A DNA stretch of 64,000 nt from Mobula hypostoma (lineage: Eukaryota): positions 198,216,001 through 198,280,000 of the forward strand of contig NC_086097.1 of NCBI RefSeq assembly GCF_963921235.1, read 5' to 3'. The translations under genes and the position numbers were made by a program. Positions 35,783-48,469 of the stretch are shown here, piece by piece. Position 1 is the stretch's first letter. Every line of letters starts with the position of its first letter. The notes below the pieces were generated by a model. The model was not told the origin of the DNA. It saw only the letters and a program-made list of their open reading frames with translations, and made no database searches.

Positions 35783-36700
35783 GAACTAGTGGTGGGGAGA
35801 AGACCCCGCTTGCTCTCTTTGTCAAGCACCTGGATCACTAAGGCACATTTTAACAGGATGCACCATGAGCCTCATCCAGGGGTGGTACACTTGGCGGCAT
35901 AACCAAGTTCTCAGACAGCTGGCATCAATCTTGGAATAGAGGCGAATTACCACAAATGCTCTCTCACAAACATCGGCAGGAAATGTTCACATTACACGAT
36001 TTGTACCAGCAGGCCAACCTCCAGAGCACCATATAACATCAAAAGATGTAACCATTCTGCAGGTTGCTCGGGATTGGAAAATGGACGTGGATTTGGAAAA
36101 AAGCTTGTGTTTCCCCCAGACATTGCAGCTACAACACTCTAGCCAGACATGGTCCTGTAGTCCACAACAGCCAAGCTGGCATATGTTGTGGAATTGACAG
36201 TACCATGGGAAGACGGTGTCAAAGAAGCTTATGAGAGGAAAAAGACCAAGTACTCTGAACTGGCAACTGAAGCTGCCTAGATTGGCTGGAAGACCAAGAT
36301 TTTCCCTGTAGAAGTGGGATGCAGGGGATTCGTTGCTACATCTACGACCAGTCTATTGAAGAAGATGGGGGTGAGGGGTCACTCCCTCCAACAAGCAATC
36401 AAGTCCTTGTCAAATGCAGCAGAAGAAAGCAGCAACTGGATTTGGATTAAAAGGAAAGACAACAACTGGGCTGCAAGATGAAGACAGGAGGGTATGGAAC
36501 TGAGGGGGGGGGTGTATCTGGGATGCCACGTAGCACCGTTGAGCCCTCTGGAGACGTTATAGGCTTATCAACAAAACGTCAAAGAAGGAGGGTGCCCACC
36601 TGATGACCCCGACGATGTACCTACCCTCCCTCCTTGTCACCACTCCAAGCCCACTGCCAACATCGAGAGTGCCAACTTACCATAGGGATTGAAACATCAA
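35783..36700 (+). mobile_element. HERO/NeSL-like RLE non-LTR element, 3' fragment
   Basis: C.LCQAPGSLRHILTGC...YTWRHNQVL zinc knuckle, then PDMVL...VVELTVPWEDGVKEAYERKKTKY..L and FPVEVGCRGFV (restriction-like endonuclease). Confidence 0.8.
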
Positions 36701-37225
36701 GTCCTAGTAGCTCTACCACTGAGTGAACAATGGAGGAGACAGCCCCCACATGCTATGGAATCCACCAGCACACATCCTGCTTGGGTGTCTCCTTCTCGGG
36801 CAGCTGCAGCAAGCCACCTTGAGGCATGAGGGCCTAGCTGGTGCCACAACTGAGGCCACACAACTCTATTACTATCGATCTCACCGATGAACCAGTGAAT
36901 CTGATTCACAGTATTCTACATTACCAATCTCCAACAATGTCTTGTGGTCTAATAAAAACATCCCAGGCAATTACCCACACCATCTGTTGGATCACACACA
37001 GCCTCCGTGCACCATCTCTGGCACCCTTTTTCCAGCATGCCCGAAGCAGGCTGCAACATGGTGCACAAGTCCAGCTCCACTGCTACTGAGCAACTCACTA
37101 GTGGGACAGACCTGCAGAACCTGATGTTCTTGATAAACGATAGTGTTTTGTAATCGCGATACAGACATAAAGGATAAACAATCATCTCTCTCATTTGGAA
37201 AGGGTGAACATGATAAAAGGTATAA

Positions 37226-37697
37226 AGATTTTATGTTTGAATCTGGAGAAAATTAGAAGTAACCTTTATGGTTCTTCATTTAAATTTGAACAGATTTGGG
37301 GACCTTTTATTCGATATTTTCATTTAATGTAATATTTACCCTTCTTGTTTTTTTTTCACTGTTTTAATGGAGGTCGGGATTGAGGACGTGATTTTAAGTT
37401 TAACTCTGTTTGGTTTCAAGTTAGCCCATTGCTTTGCTTTGCTTTTAGTTAGCTGCACGGTGGGTTTTTTTTTTTGGGTTTTTTTTTCTTTTTTTCCATT
37501 GATATATATAAAATCTAGTATACTATTATGTTATCTTGGTTTCTTATGCTTAAATTACATTGTTTGTAGTATTTTCTTTTTGGTATTGTTATCTTTTGGA
37601 ATTTTATTATACTTTAACATTGTATTAATGTTTATATGGCTTACCTTTTTTGTATACTTACTCAATAAAAAGATTTAAAAAGAAAAAGAAAAAGAAA
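37226..37697 (+). mobile_element. 5'-truncated L1/Tx1-like 3' end with A-rich tail and 14-bp TSD
   Basis: CLNLEKIRS...FEQIWGPFI, T-rich UTR, aataaa and (aaaaag)n tail. TSD gataaaaggtataa at 37212-37225 and 37698-37711. Confidence 0.85.
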
Positions 37698-37710
37698 GAT
37701 AAAAGGTATA

Positions 37711-40607
37711 ACCATATAACCATATAACAATTACAGCATGGAAACAGGGCATCTCAGCCCTTCTACTCCATGCTGAATGCTTATTCTCACCTAGTCCCAC
37801 TGATCTGCACTCAGCCCATAACCCTCCATTCCTTTCCTGTCCATATAGCTATCCAATTTTACTTTAAACGACAATATCGAACCTGCCTCTACCACTTCTG
37901 CTGGAAGCTCGTTCCACACAGCTACCACTCTCTGAGCAAAGAAGATCCCTCTCATGTTACCCCTAAACTTTTGCCCCCTAACTCTCAACTCATGTCCTCT
38001 TGTTTGAATCTCCCCCACTCTCAATGGAAAAAGCCTATCCACGTCAATTCTATCTATCCCCCTCATAATTTTAAATACCTCTATCAAGTCCCCCCTCAAA
38101 CTTCTATGCTCCAAAGAATAAAGACCCAACTTGTTCAACCTTTCTCTGTAACTTAGGTGCTGAAATCGAGATAACATTCTAGTAAATCTGCTCTTACTCT
38201 CTCTATTTTGTTGACATCTTTCCTATAATTCGGTGACCAGAACTGTACACAATACTCCAGACTTGGCCTTATCAATGCCTTGTAAAATTTTAACATTACA
38301 TCCCAACTCCTATACTCAATGCTGTGATTAATCAAGGCCAGCATACCCAAAGCAATCTTCACCACGCTATCCACATGAGATTCCACCTTCAGGGAACTAT
38401 GCACCATTATCCCTAGATCACTCTGTTCTACTGCATTCCTCAATGCCCTACCATTTACCATGTAGGTCATATTTTGATTAATCCCACCAAAATGTAGCAC
38501 CTCACGTTTAACAGCATTAAACGCCATCTGCCATCTTTCAGCCCACTCTTCTAACTGGCCTCAATCTCTCTGCAAGCTTTGAAAACCGACTTCATTATCC
38601 ACAACACCACCTATCTTAGTATCATCTGCATACTTACTAATCCAATTTACCACCCCATCATCCAGATCATTAATGTATATGACAAACAACATTGGACCCA
38701 GTACAGATACCTGAGGCACATCACTAGACACTGGCCTCCAATCTGACAAACAATTATCCACCACCACTCTCTGGCGTCTCCCATCCAGCCACTGCTGAAT
38801 CCATTTTACTACTTCAATATTAATACCTAATGATTGAACCTTCCTAACTAACCTTTCCTGTGGAACCTTGTCAAAGGCCTTACTGAAGTCCATATAGACA
38901 ACATCCACTGCTTTACCCTCATCAACTTTCCTAGTAACCTCTTCAAAAAATTGAATAAGATTTGTCAAACATGACCCTCCACGCACAAATCTATGTTGAC
39001 TGTTCCTAATCAGACCCTGTCTATCCAGATGATTATATATACCATCTCTAAGAATACTTTCCATCAATTTACCCACCACTTACGTCAAACTCGCAGGCCG
39101 ATAATTGCTAGGTTTACTCTTAGAACCCTTTTTAAACAATGGAACAACATGAGCAATATGCCAATCCTCTGGCACCATCCCCGTTTCTAATGACATTTGA
39201 AATATTTCTGCTATTTCTACTCTAATTTCCCTCAATTTCCTAGGGAATATCCTGTCAGGACCCGGAGACTTATCCACTTTTATATTCCTTAAAAGCGCCA
39301 GTACTTCCTCTTCTTTAATCATCATAGTTTCCATAACTACCCTACCTGTTTCCCCTACCTTACACAATTCAATATCCTTCTCCTTAGTGAATACCGAAGA
39401 AAAGAAATTGTTCAAAATCTCCCCCATCTCTTTTGGTTCCAGAAATAGCTGTCCACTCATATCTTCTTTTAGCTTTTCTAATTTCTTTCTTAAGATTCTT
39501 TTTACATTCTTTATATTCCTCGAGCACTTCATTTACTCCATGCTGCCTATATTTATTGTAGATATTTCTCTTTTTCCAAACCAAATTTCCAATATCCCTT
39601 GAAAACCATAGCTATCTCAAACTGTTAATCTTTCCTTTCAACCTAACATGAACATAAAGATTCTGTACCCTCAAAATTTCACCTTTACATGACCTTCATT
39701 TCTCTATTACATCCTTCCCATAAAACAATTTGTCCCAATCCACTCCTTCTAAATCCTTTTGCATCTCCTCAAAGTTAGCCTTTCTCCAATCAAAAATCTC
39801 AACCTTGGGTCCAGACTTATCCTTCTCCATAATTATATTGAAACTAATGGTATTGTGATCACTGGACCCGAAGTGCTCCCCAACACATACCTCCATCACC
39901 TGACCTATCTCATTTCCTAACAGGAGATCCAAGACTGCCCCTTCTCTAGTGGGTACCTCTACGTATTGCTGCAAAAAACGATCCTGCACACATTTTACAA
40001 CCTCCAAACCATCTAGCCCTTTTGCAGTATGGACTTCCCATTCTATGTGTGGAAAATTAAAAACTCCCACAATCACAACCTTGTGCTTACTACAAATATC
40101 TGCTATCTCCTTACAAATTTGCTCCTCCACTTATCGCTACCCATTAGGTGGTCTATAATACACCCCTATAAGTGTTACTACACCTTTCCCATTCCTCAAT
40201 TCCACCCAAATAGCCTCCCTAGATGAGCCCTCTTATCTATCCTGCCAGAGTACCGCTGTAATATTTTCTCTGACAATTATGAAACACCTTCCCCTCTTGT
40301 CCCTCCGATTCTATCATACCTGAAGCAACGAAATCCAGGAATATTTAGTTGCCAAACACACCCCTCCTGCAACCATGTTTCATTATTAGCTACAACATCA
40401 TACCTCCTGGTATCAATCCATGCTCTAAGCTCATTCATCTTTCTTATAATACTCCTTGCATTAAAATAAATGCATTTAAGAGATTTTCCACCTCTTACTC
40501 TCTGTTTATCACTAACGGTGCAAACAACTTTACTATTTTCTTTTTCTTTCTTCTCCCCTACATCTGTTCCTACACTCTGGTTCCCCTCCCCCCTTGTATC
40601 TAGTTTA
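37711..40607 (-). mobile_element. CR1 near-full ORF2 (APE + RT) pseudogene, (accatata)n tail
   Basis: CIYFNARSI, GSSDHNTISF, DKSPGPD, NYRPASLT, DVVYMDFSKAFDKV, KYADDTK and EYCVQFWSP. Confidence 0.93.
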
Positions 40608-40609
40608 GA

Positions 40610-41400
40610 TCTCAAAGGAGTTTTGCATGACTATCTTCAATAAATGTGACAAACCTGATTACAGTGACTTTAGAAGACTTTTCCTGATGTCTGTCACTGG
40701 AAAGATCAATACGTGGATCCGCTTCAGCTCCCTCCTCCTAATTTCCAAAGAACCAATCTGAGAGGAAGAATAATCATTTCTTCCATCAAGCTGGACCAGA
40801 TCTTTGAGCAATACATCCATGAAGACTGTAGAAGGCATCACCAAGCTCTGCACATGGCCTTTACTGTCCACACAATTGCCTTCGATTAGATCAACCAAGA
40901 AGGAATTATAGAGAATCCTTCGTAAACTTGGCTGTTCTCAGAAATTTCTTAACGATTATCTGCAAAGTGTGGGAACCAAAATTATAAAGAATGAATTCAG
41001 CATCATCCCAGTCCTCGTGAAAACTGGGGCAAGCAGATCTGTGTTTTTGCCCTGCTCTTCTTCCTATTCTTCCTGGCTACAATACTGTACCTCTCCTTCA
41101 ACAAGTTTCCTATTAGAGTAGATTTAATCTACAGGATGGATGGAAACTTGTCTAAGCTTTGTCATCTTCTCTCCAAAATATATGCTCTATTTTGTTGAAT
41201 AACAGCATGCAGACACTATTTGCATGAGTGAAAATGAGGACGAGCTCCAAATTACTGCAGATATCTTCAAAACATAGGATGGCCCTTAAACTAAGCAACT
41301 GGTAGAAAAAGGTCCTTTACCAACCTTCCTCATCACACAACATTAGACCCCAACAATCAAGATCACAAAGAATGGTCCAACACAGATCAATTCTAGTGCA
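40610..41400 (+). mobile_element. Highly decayed RTE-like LINE RT remnant
   Basis: Faint motifs (LHMAF, LRKLGCSQKF, KTG.KQ.CVFALLFF). May continue a fragment at ~35100-35470. Confidence 0.35.
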
Positions 41401-41789
41401 GACAGCGGCAGGCTTGTTGTTAACTTTGCAAAATTTTCCAAATCCATTGGCATAATAGCTGAACTGATGTCAGAGCCCTCTCCCAGGTCACTTCCCATTT
41501 ATAAAGTCTTTGTTTATATTTGAACAGATTTATATTCCGTAATTCAGGTTCTTGAAATATTCACTTTACTTTGAACTTAACAGGACAAGAAACAAGAGGA
41601 ACACAAAAGATACTTTAAATACCTTCTCCAAGTCTCAATGAAAAATAGTAAAATCAATGTGGCATGGGAATACTTGTTTTGTTGCCACTCAAAGTGGAAA
41701 AGATGCATTCACGAGACACATAGTGCCTTGCGTCCCCAGTAGGGAAGCATGCACAGTTCCTGGACAAATGGCTGAGGAGTACCCAATAT

Positions 41790-43990
41790 TTATCAAATTC
41801 AAGTTTATTGTCATCTGACTGTAAATTATCAACCAAACAAAACAAAATTCTTCCAGAAAATGGTGCACTCACAAAGCATATAACACACACAGCACATAAA
41901 CCAAAATATCACTATGAATAAGTTAATAATATATAATTCAAAATGCATGCAAGCGTAGGTGAACAGTAAACAGTACAGTATTCAGCACGCTGACCTAGTA
42001 ATGAGACCTCGGTGGTGGCAGGGTATTCATTAGTCTCACAGCCTGGGGGAAGAAACTGTTACCCAGTCTGGCAGTCCTAGTTCTGATGCTTTTGTACCTC
42101 CTTCCTGATGGTAGTGGATCAAAGAGATTGTGGGATGGGTGATGGGTTTGCTAAAAATTGCTTTGGGCCCTTCATCTGCAACACTCGCAGTAATGATCAT
42201 AAATAGGGGCAAGGGAGACCTCTGTGATCCTCTTGGCAGTTTGTTTTTCACTAATTTCTGTAGGTTCTTGTGGTCTGATGCCTTTCAGCATTTGTATCAT
42301 AAAATGATGCAACTAGACAGGACGCTCTTGATAGCAATCCTGTAAAATGGTGTTAGAATGGGGACAGGGAGCACTGCACACTTCAACCTCAGAAAGTGTT
42401 GATGCTGCTGTGTCTTCTATACTGGTGAGGAGATGTTGTGGGTCCAGGTTAGATTGTACATTATGTGCACACAAAGGAACTTTGTGCTCTTCACTCCCTC
42501 AATAACTGTCATGGTCCGGTCTGCAAAGTCCGTATTCCAGTTCACGGTCCGGTCCATGGACTCAGGACTCTGGGTCTTCCAGCTGTCCCTTGTTTTGGTT
42601 GAGTTAATGATAGACTCCTGATTCGCATCTTGGGGCTTGGAATATAAGTAGCCTTGAGGTTGAGTGTGAGCTGTGGGTTTGTCTTGTCAAGATCCCCTGG
42701 GAGCAACCTGCTAGTGGAAGGCTAGAGTGGTCACTTGCCATCTTTAAGCCATGTTGTGGAACCATCCCCTCATGGAGCCTTGCTGTCAGTAGTTGGAGCT
42801 GTCTTTGCTGTATGGATTCGGCTGTTTCCCGGTCCAGCTGAGTGGCTGCCAGCCACTCCGAGCTAGATAGGGATCCAGCTGTTTCCGTAGCCAGCTTAGG
42901 TTGCTGGCCAAACTGTGAGTTGGAGCAACCCCGATGCAGAGATGGAACTGTCTGTTGTTCTTCGGTGTTTGTCTCATCATGTCCTCGCCTCCGTGGGGTA
43001 AGCCAGGCCATTCTACTGTTGCCCTGCGGCGGGACTTGTCTTGTCTTGTCTTGTCCTCAGCTCGTGGGGTAAGTCAGGCTGTTCTGCTGTTGCCCTGTGG
43101 GGGGACCTGCCTTGTCTTGTCTTGTCTTTGCCTCTGTTGGGTAAGTCCAGCTGTTCTGCCATTACCTGACGGATGGTCTTGTCCCACCTTGGAGCGGAGA
43201 AGAAGTTGAGTCCCAGCATGTATAAGTCCTGGCTCTATGCCTATATACTGTTCTGTCTCATGTTGGGGTCGTGTTAAAGATGAGTCCTGGCTTTTTGAAG
43301 GATTAGTCCCGGCTCTATATTGATGTACAGTTCCCAGTCTGTCTCCAAGCTCCAGCCTCCGAGTTATCAACCTCCGCATTCCCTGCCCCAAGACCCCAGC
43401 CTGTCTCTAAGCCTCGACCCAAGACCCCAGCCTGTCTCCAAGCCTCAAGAGCCAAGACCCCAGGCGGTCTCCAAGCCTTGAGCCAAGACCCCAGCCACGT
43501 CCTGTCCTGTAGGCATGTCATGGCCTTGCCTGGTTCTGGGGCCCGAGCCTGAGGCAACACCCAGTTTCTGGGTCCTTGTCCAGTCTCTGGCCCAAGTCAG
43601 TGTTCTTGTCCCTGCTCCTTGTCTGGATCCTGTCACATCCCTACTCTAGTCAAGTCCTGTTCCTTGTACTTCGGTGTCTGTGTCTTGCATTTGGGTCCGT
43701 TCCCTGCGCCCCCGTTGTGACAATAACAGAGCCATTGATGTGCAAAGGAAAGTGGTTGACCTGTGCCTTCCTGAAGTCCACAATCATCTCTTTTGTCTTG
43801 CCCATGTTGAGACTCAGGTTGTTGGTCTTGCACCATTGACAAGCCTCTTAAACTCAGCAAACATGATGATGCAATTTGAGCTGAACCTGGCTGTACAGTT
43901 GTGAGTCAACAGCGTGAACAGCAGCGGGCTAAGCACACAGCCCTGCAGGGGGCGGGGGGTAGCACCAGTGTCTAGTGTGATGGAGCCTGA
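41790..43990 (-). mobile_element. Rex1/Babar-like LINE fragment interrupted by a solo LTR
   Basis: TGATPRPLQGCVLSPLLFTLLTHNC...IIMFA on minus; the 3' part at 41790-42506 contains HPTISLIHYHQEGG-type sequence. Confidence 0.7.
42507..43722. mobile_element. Probable solo LTR (1216 bp), TG...CA termini, 5-bp TSD
   Basis: Begins tgtca, ends tgaca; flanked by ataac (42502-42506 and 43723-43727). Internal tandem repeats at ~42985-43170 and ~43385-43500. Confidence 0.85.
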
Positions 43991-44104
43991 GATAAAATAC
44001 ATTAGAAAATACAATCCAAGTTATGAAAAAAGTTCCTATTCAGTTTGCTTTTGAAAGCCTTATTTGATAAATTAATTTTGGTATCAGGAATTAACTCTAT
44101 TTAT

Positions 44105-45290
44105 AGAGTCAAAAAACACTACAACATAGTAATAGGCCCTTCACCCTTCTAGTCCACGCTGAACTATTAATCTGCCTTGTTTCATTGACCTGCACCCAGA
44201 CCATAGCCTCCATATCCACACCCCCCCCCCCATCCATGTACTTACCAAAATTTCTCTTAATTTCTATCTATGAGGGGGATAGATAGAATTGACATGGATA
44301 GGCTTTTTCCATTGAGAGTGGGGGAGATTCAAACAAGAAGACTTGAGTTGAGAGTTAAAGGGCAAAAGTTTAGGGGTAACATGAGGGGGACCTTCTCTAC
44401 TCAGAGAGTGGTAGCTGTGTGGAACGAACTTCCAGCAGAAGTGGTTGAGGCAGGTTCGATGTTGTCATTTAAAGTTAAATTGGACAGCTATATGGACAGG
44501 AAAGGAATGGAGGGTTATGGGCTGAGTGTAGGTCGGTGGGACTAGGTGAGAGTAAGAGTTCGGCATGGACTAGAAGGGCCGAGATGGCCTGTTTCCGTGC
44601 TGTAATGGTTATATGGTTATAAATGTTAAAATCAAACCTTCATCCACGACTGTCGCTGGTAGCTTGTTCCACACACTCACCACCCTTTGAGTGAAGAAGT
44701 TCCCCCTCATGTTCTCCTTAAACATTTCACCTTCCACCCTTAACAGATGACCTCTAGTTCTAGCCTCACTCAAACTCAGTGGAAATGTCACCAATGTCTT
44801 AGACAACTTTAACATAAGATCCCAACTCCTAAACTCAATACTTTGATTCTGAAAGCCAATGCCCTTTCATTATGATCCTGTCTACCTGTGACACAACTTT
44901 TAAGGAGTTATAAATCTGTTTTCCCAGATCCCTCTGTTCTATCACACTCCTTAGTGCCCTATCACTCACTGTGTAAGTCCTACTCAGGTTTGTCATCCCA
45001 AGATGTAACACCTCACACTTGTCTGCATTAACTTCCATCTGCCATCTTTCAGCCCAATTTTCTCGCTGATCCAGATCTTACTGCAAGCTTTGATAGTCTT
45101 CCTCGCTGTCCACTATGCACAATCTTGGTATCAGCTGCAAATTTGCTGATCCAGATTACTAAATTATCATCTAAATCATTGATATAGATGACAAACAACA
45201 ACGGACCCAGCATTACCCCCCATGGCACTCAACTAGTCACAGGCAACCTGTCAGAGAGGCAACCATCCACTACCACTCTCTGGCTTCTCC
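44105..45290 (-). mobile_element. CR1 3' fragment interrupted by an opposite-strand CR1 3' end (44266-44620)
   Basis: NADKCEVLHLG and RGNFFTQRVVSVWNKLP on minus. The insert is near-identical to the reverse complement of 37711-38066. Confidence 0.85.
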
Positions 45291-45294
45291 CTGC

Positions 45295-45540
45295 GCATCA
45301 CCCATCACCCTTCCTTGGTCCATTGTATTACCCACCAGTTCCTATCTAACTCCTATCCCTCTCCTCCTTAAATGGGCTATCTTCCCTCTCCACACTCCAT
45401 TCTGGTGCTGGATCTTAACCCTGAACATTAACATTTCCTTGCCCTGTGTAGATGCTGTCTGACCCACTGAGTTGCTCCAGCAGTTTGTTTGTTTTTTTTT
45501 TGCTGCACATTACAGCATCTATAGTTTTCTATGTCTCTGT
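45295..45540 (+). mobile_element. Old PLE-type 3' tail
   Basis: gatgctgtctgacccactgagttgctccagcag...cagcatct resembles the conserved PLE tail. Confidence 0.55.
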
Positions 45541-46673
45541 AAAAAAGAAATTATATCAGGGAGCATAAATAACAAATGGAGAACTAAGTACTCATGTACC
45601 TTAGGGAATTATTTGCGGCTGTTAGCTGCAGTGAGTGGGAGAGGGATGAGTGTGCTTATCTGAAATTGATGACGTAGCACTTCAAAGTGTGTTTCTCTTT
45701 ATGTAATCAAATTCCATAGGAGCAGCCAACACCAACTTGACAGAAATAAAGCATTTGACATTTTACAAAATGAAAATAAAAACTGAAGATCGTGCAATAT
45801 TAAACCCATGATCCCTGATATACTTACAACTAATTTATCAAAGAAGGCTTTAGAAAACTAAATAGGAATGCTCTTCATATCTTGGGCTTGATTTTATAAA
45901 TGTACAGTATATGCCTCTCCAGATTGTTTTGCATCTTAGAATGTGACCAGTTTACATTTGGAAAGTTGAGAATGTTTAATTCATTTTCGTAATTCTTGAT
46001 ACGCTTGGTTTAATCTCTTGAGCATTTATTTGAGGGGAATAACTTCAAGAAGAGAAAACCTGGCTTAATATTTTGGGCTGTGAGGATTATTAATGTTTCA
46101 TTCACTTGTCAGAACTTGGGCATATAGCAGCATAAATCTATCAGTTTAGATAACTAGAAAGTGGATCTACTTAATACTGCAAGCTCATTAGAGATGCTCT
46201 AAGCAGATTTTTATTAACATGGACAATCTTAAGTAAAGAATAGATTTAATTAATTATTTTAATGTCTGACAGAATAGCAATGTAAAATGTGACTACATTT
46301 TAATGAAGCAACACAAATTATATTTTCAGACATCACTGGTTTATCTAATATGTGTACCATAATCATTATTGCTATATTATGTTAATACAGCACCTGAAGT
46401 AGAAATCTGGAAAATGTTTGTAAATGTGATACCGGTGTAGAAATTAAATTATGCTTTGAAACTGGATCAAGTTATTAGAATTTTGCTTTCCTTGTTTCAC
46501 TTATCTTCTATATCAATATTTCTTTCCTTCCTTAACTCCTCCGACTTTTTGGAATATGGTTCTTGAACCACTGCATGTAACGGAAGTGCAGTTCCATATT
46601 CATTACTATATAATTATATGGCTCGTTAGTTATATGATTTCAAATATTAAGGGCCATAGATTTTTTGTAGTAG

Positions 46674-46769
46674 TTACATGTAAGGTCAAAGCTGTGTGAG
46701 TTTACCAAAACACACTTGGACCTGAATTGGATTGAAATAAAAGAAATGATTGATCCAGTAATTAATCAG
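46674..46769 (+). CDS. Candidate host exon (LHVRSKLCEFTKTHLDLNWIEIKEMIDPVINQ)
   Basis: Acceptor ttttttgtagtag and strong donor cag|gtaaga; 96 bp, phase 0-0, compatible with exon 34523-34611. Confidence 0.5.
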
Positions 46770-47118
46770 GTAAGACAAACCTTCCTAGAAAATCAATTAC
46801 ATAGCTCTGCTTTATTCCGGTATTACGCAATTGAAAATCAATTTTACCCGCAGATTAAACATAGTAACGTCCATTTTCATGTTGTTTTGCATCACCGTGG
46901 AAACCTGACCAGGTGCTTCTGGGCAATGAGTCATCTTTGGGGCCTCCACATTCTCATTTCAGCAAGGCACAGGATGATGTCATTTCCCATTTAGCATTCT
47001 TCCTGAGACAAAGCAGGTGAACTTGGATCATATTTTCCTAATAGAGTGTAGAGTTGGGCACTCCTTGTGCTGTGTATTTAATATTTCTGTATTATTTGAG
47101 CAATATTGTAAATATATT

Positions 47119-47288
47119 CAACATACACAGGGGAACTCAGCAGCCAGGCAGCATCTATGGAAAAGAGTATAGTTGGCATTTCGGGCTGAGACCCTTCATT
47201 GGGACTCATGAAGGGCCTGCTGAGTTCCTCCAGAATTTTGTGTGTGTTGCTTGGATTTCTAGCATCCACATATTTTCTTTTGGTTGTG
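47119..47288. mobile_element. Short fold-back PLE tail insertion in the Gypsy 5' LTR with perfect 14-bp TSD
   Basis: attgtaaatatatt at 47105-47118 and 47289-47302. The 3' LTR shows the empty site (~53077-53090). Confidence 0.9.
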
Positions 47289-47879
47289 ATTGTAAATATA
47301 TTTTTTTGATTAAGCATTCTTGTTTGTTTAAATATTTCATTATGGGTTATATTTAAAAATATATGTCATGATGCTGCCACATCATATGTGCGTGCCTTAC
47401 TTAAAGTGAAAATAGAACTAAGATACATTATTCTCAGCTCCATGTTTTTGTATTTAATTATTTTAATGTTTTGGAGTTATAAAACATAACAGTGGTGATG
47501 AGGTATTTTTAAAACAAACCTGAGATGACTACCAACCTAGTGATTATAATTTTAAAAAGAGCAGAAATGGCTGGCTATATTGGAAAGATTGACACACATG
47601 ATTGCACAACAGGTAACTGTTTACAGAATGAATTGAACAGCATTTTAAAGCAAATAGAATAGCCGAAGAGAAGCAGATGCTAATTTTGCTTACTGCATTG
47701 GATTTAAAGGCATACAATTTGCTTTGAAGTTTGACTACTCCAACCAAACCAGCCAAGATGAGCTTTGCTGAAAGTAATGTAGGAATATTTAGAACCAAAA
47801 CCATTCTTGATTGCAGAATGCTTTGGGTTTCATAAGTGGAATCAAAAGGTAGGGGAATCCATTTCAGCGTACATGGTTT

Positions 47880-48351
47880 CAAAAGAAGAAAGTTAATATT
47901 TTGGCATGGCTGTCAAAATCCTAACCTTAATCCTATAGAAATATTGTGGAAGGACTTGAAGAAAGCAGAAGCAGTTCATGCAAGGAAGCCCACCATCATC
48001 CCAGAGTTGAAGCAGTTTTGTAAGGAGGAATGGCCTAAAATTCCTCCAATTCGATGTGCAGGACTGATCAACGGTTACTGGAAATGTCTGGTTGAAGTTA
48101 TTGCTGTATAAGGGGATCACACCGGTTACTGAAAGCAAAGGTTCACATACTTTTTCCAACAAATGCATGTAATATTGGATCATTTTTCTCAATACATAAA
48201 TGAGGAAGTATAATGTTTTTTGTGTTATTTATTTAATTGGGTTCTCCTAAGCTAGTTTTAGGACATGTAAAGATATGATCACATTTAGGTCATATTTATG
48301 CAGAAATAGAGAAAATTCTACACGGTTCACAAATTTTCTAACACCATTGTA
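47880..48351 (+). mobile_element. Tc1-like DNA transposon 3' fragment
   Basis: QNPNLNPIEILWKDLKK..VHARKPT.IPELKQFCKEEWPKIP corresponds to the SPDLNPIE motif of DD34E transposases; terminal repeat-like end. Confidence 0.85.
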
Positions 48352-48469
48352 GATATCACAGGGTCTGAAGAAATTCTTTCCAAAGTTGCGTGGAGTGTGG
48401 TGATTTTAAGGTCACCATCAACCCAGTACTGAAATTAGATCAATACCCTCTGTCCAGAATAGAGGATTC

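Noticed and set aside
42985..43500. Regularly spaced repeats resembling a CRISPR array
   Set aside because: Tandem degenerate repeats without unique spacers, inside an LTR in a eukaryotic context, with no cas genes.
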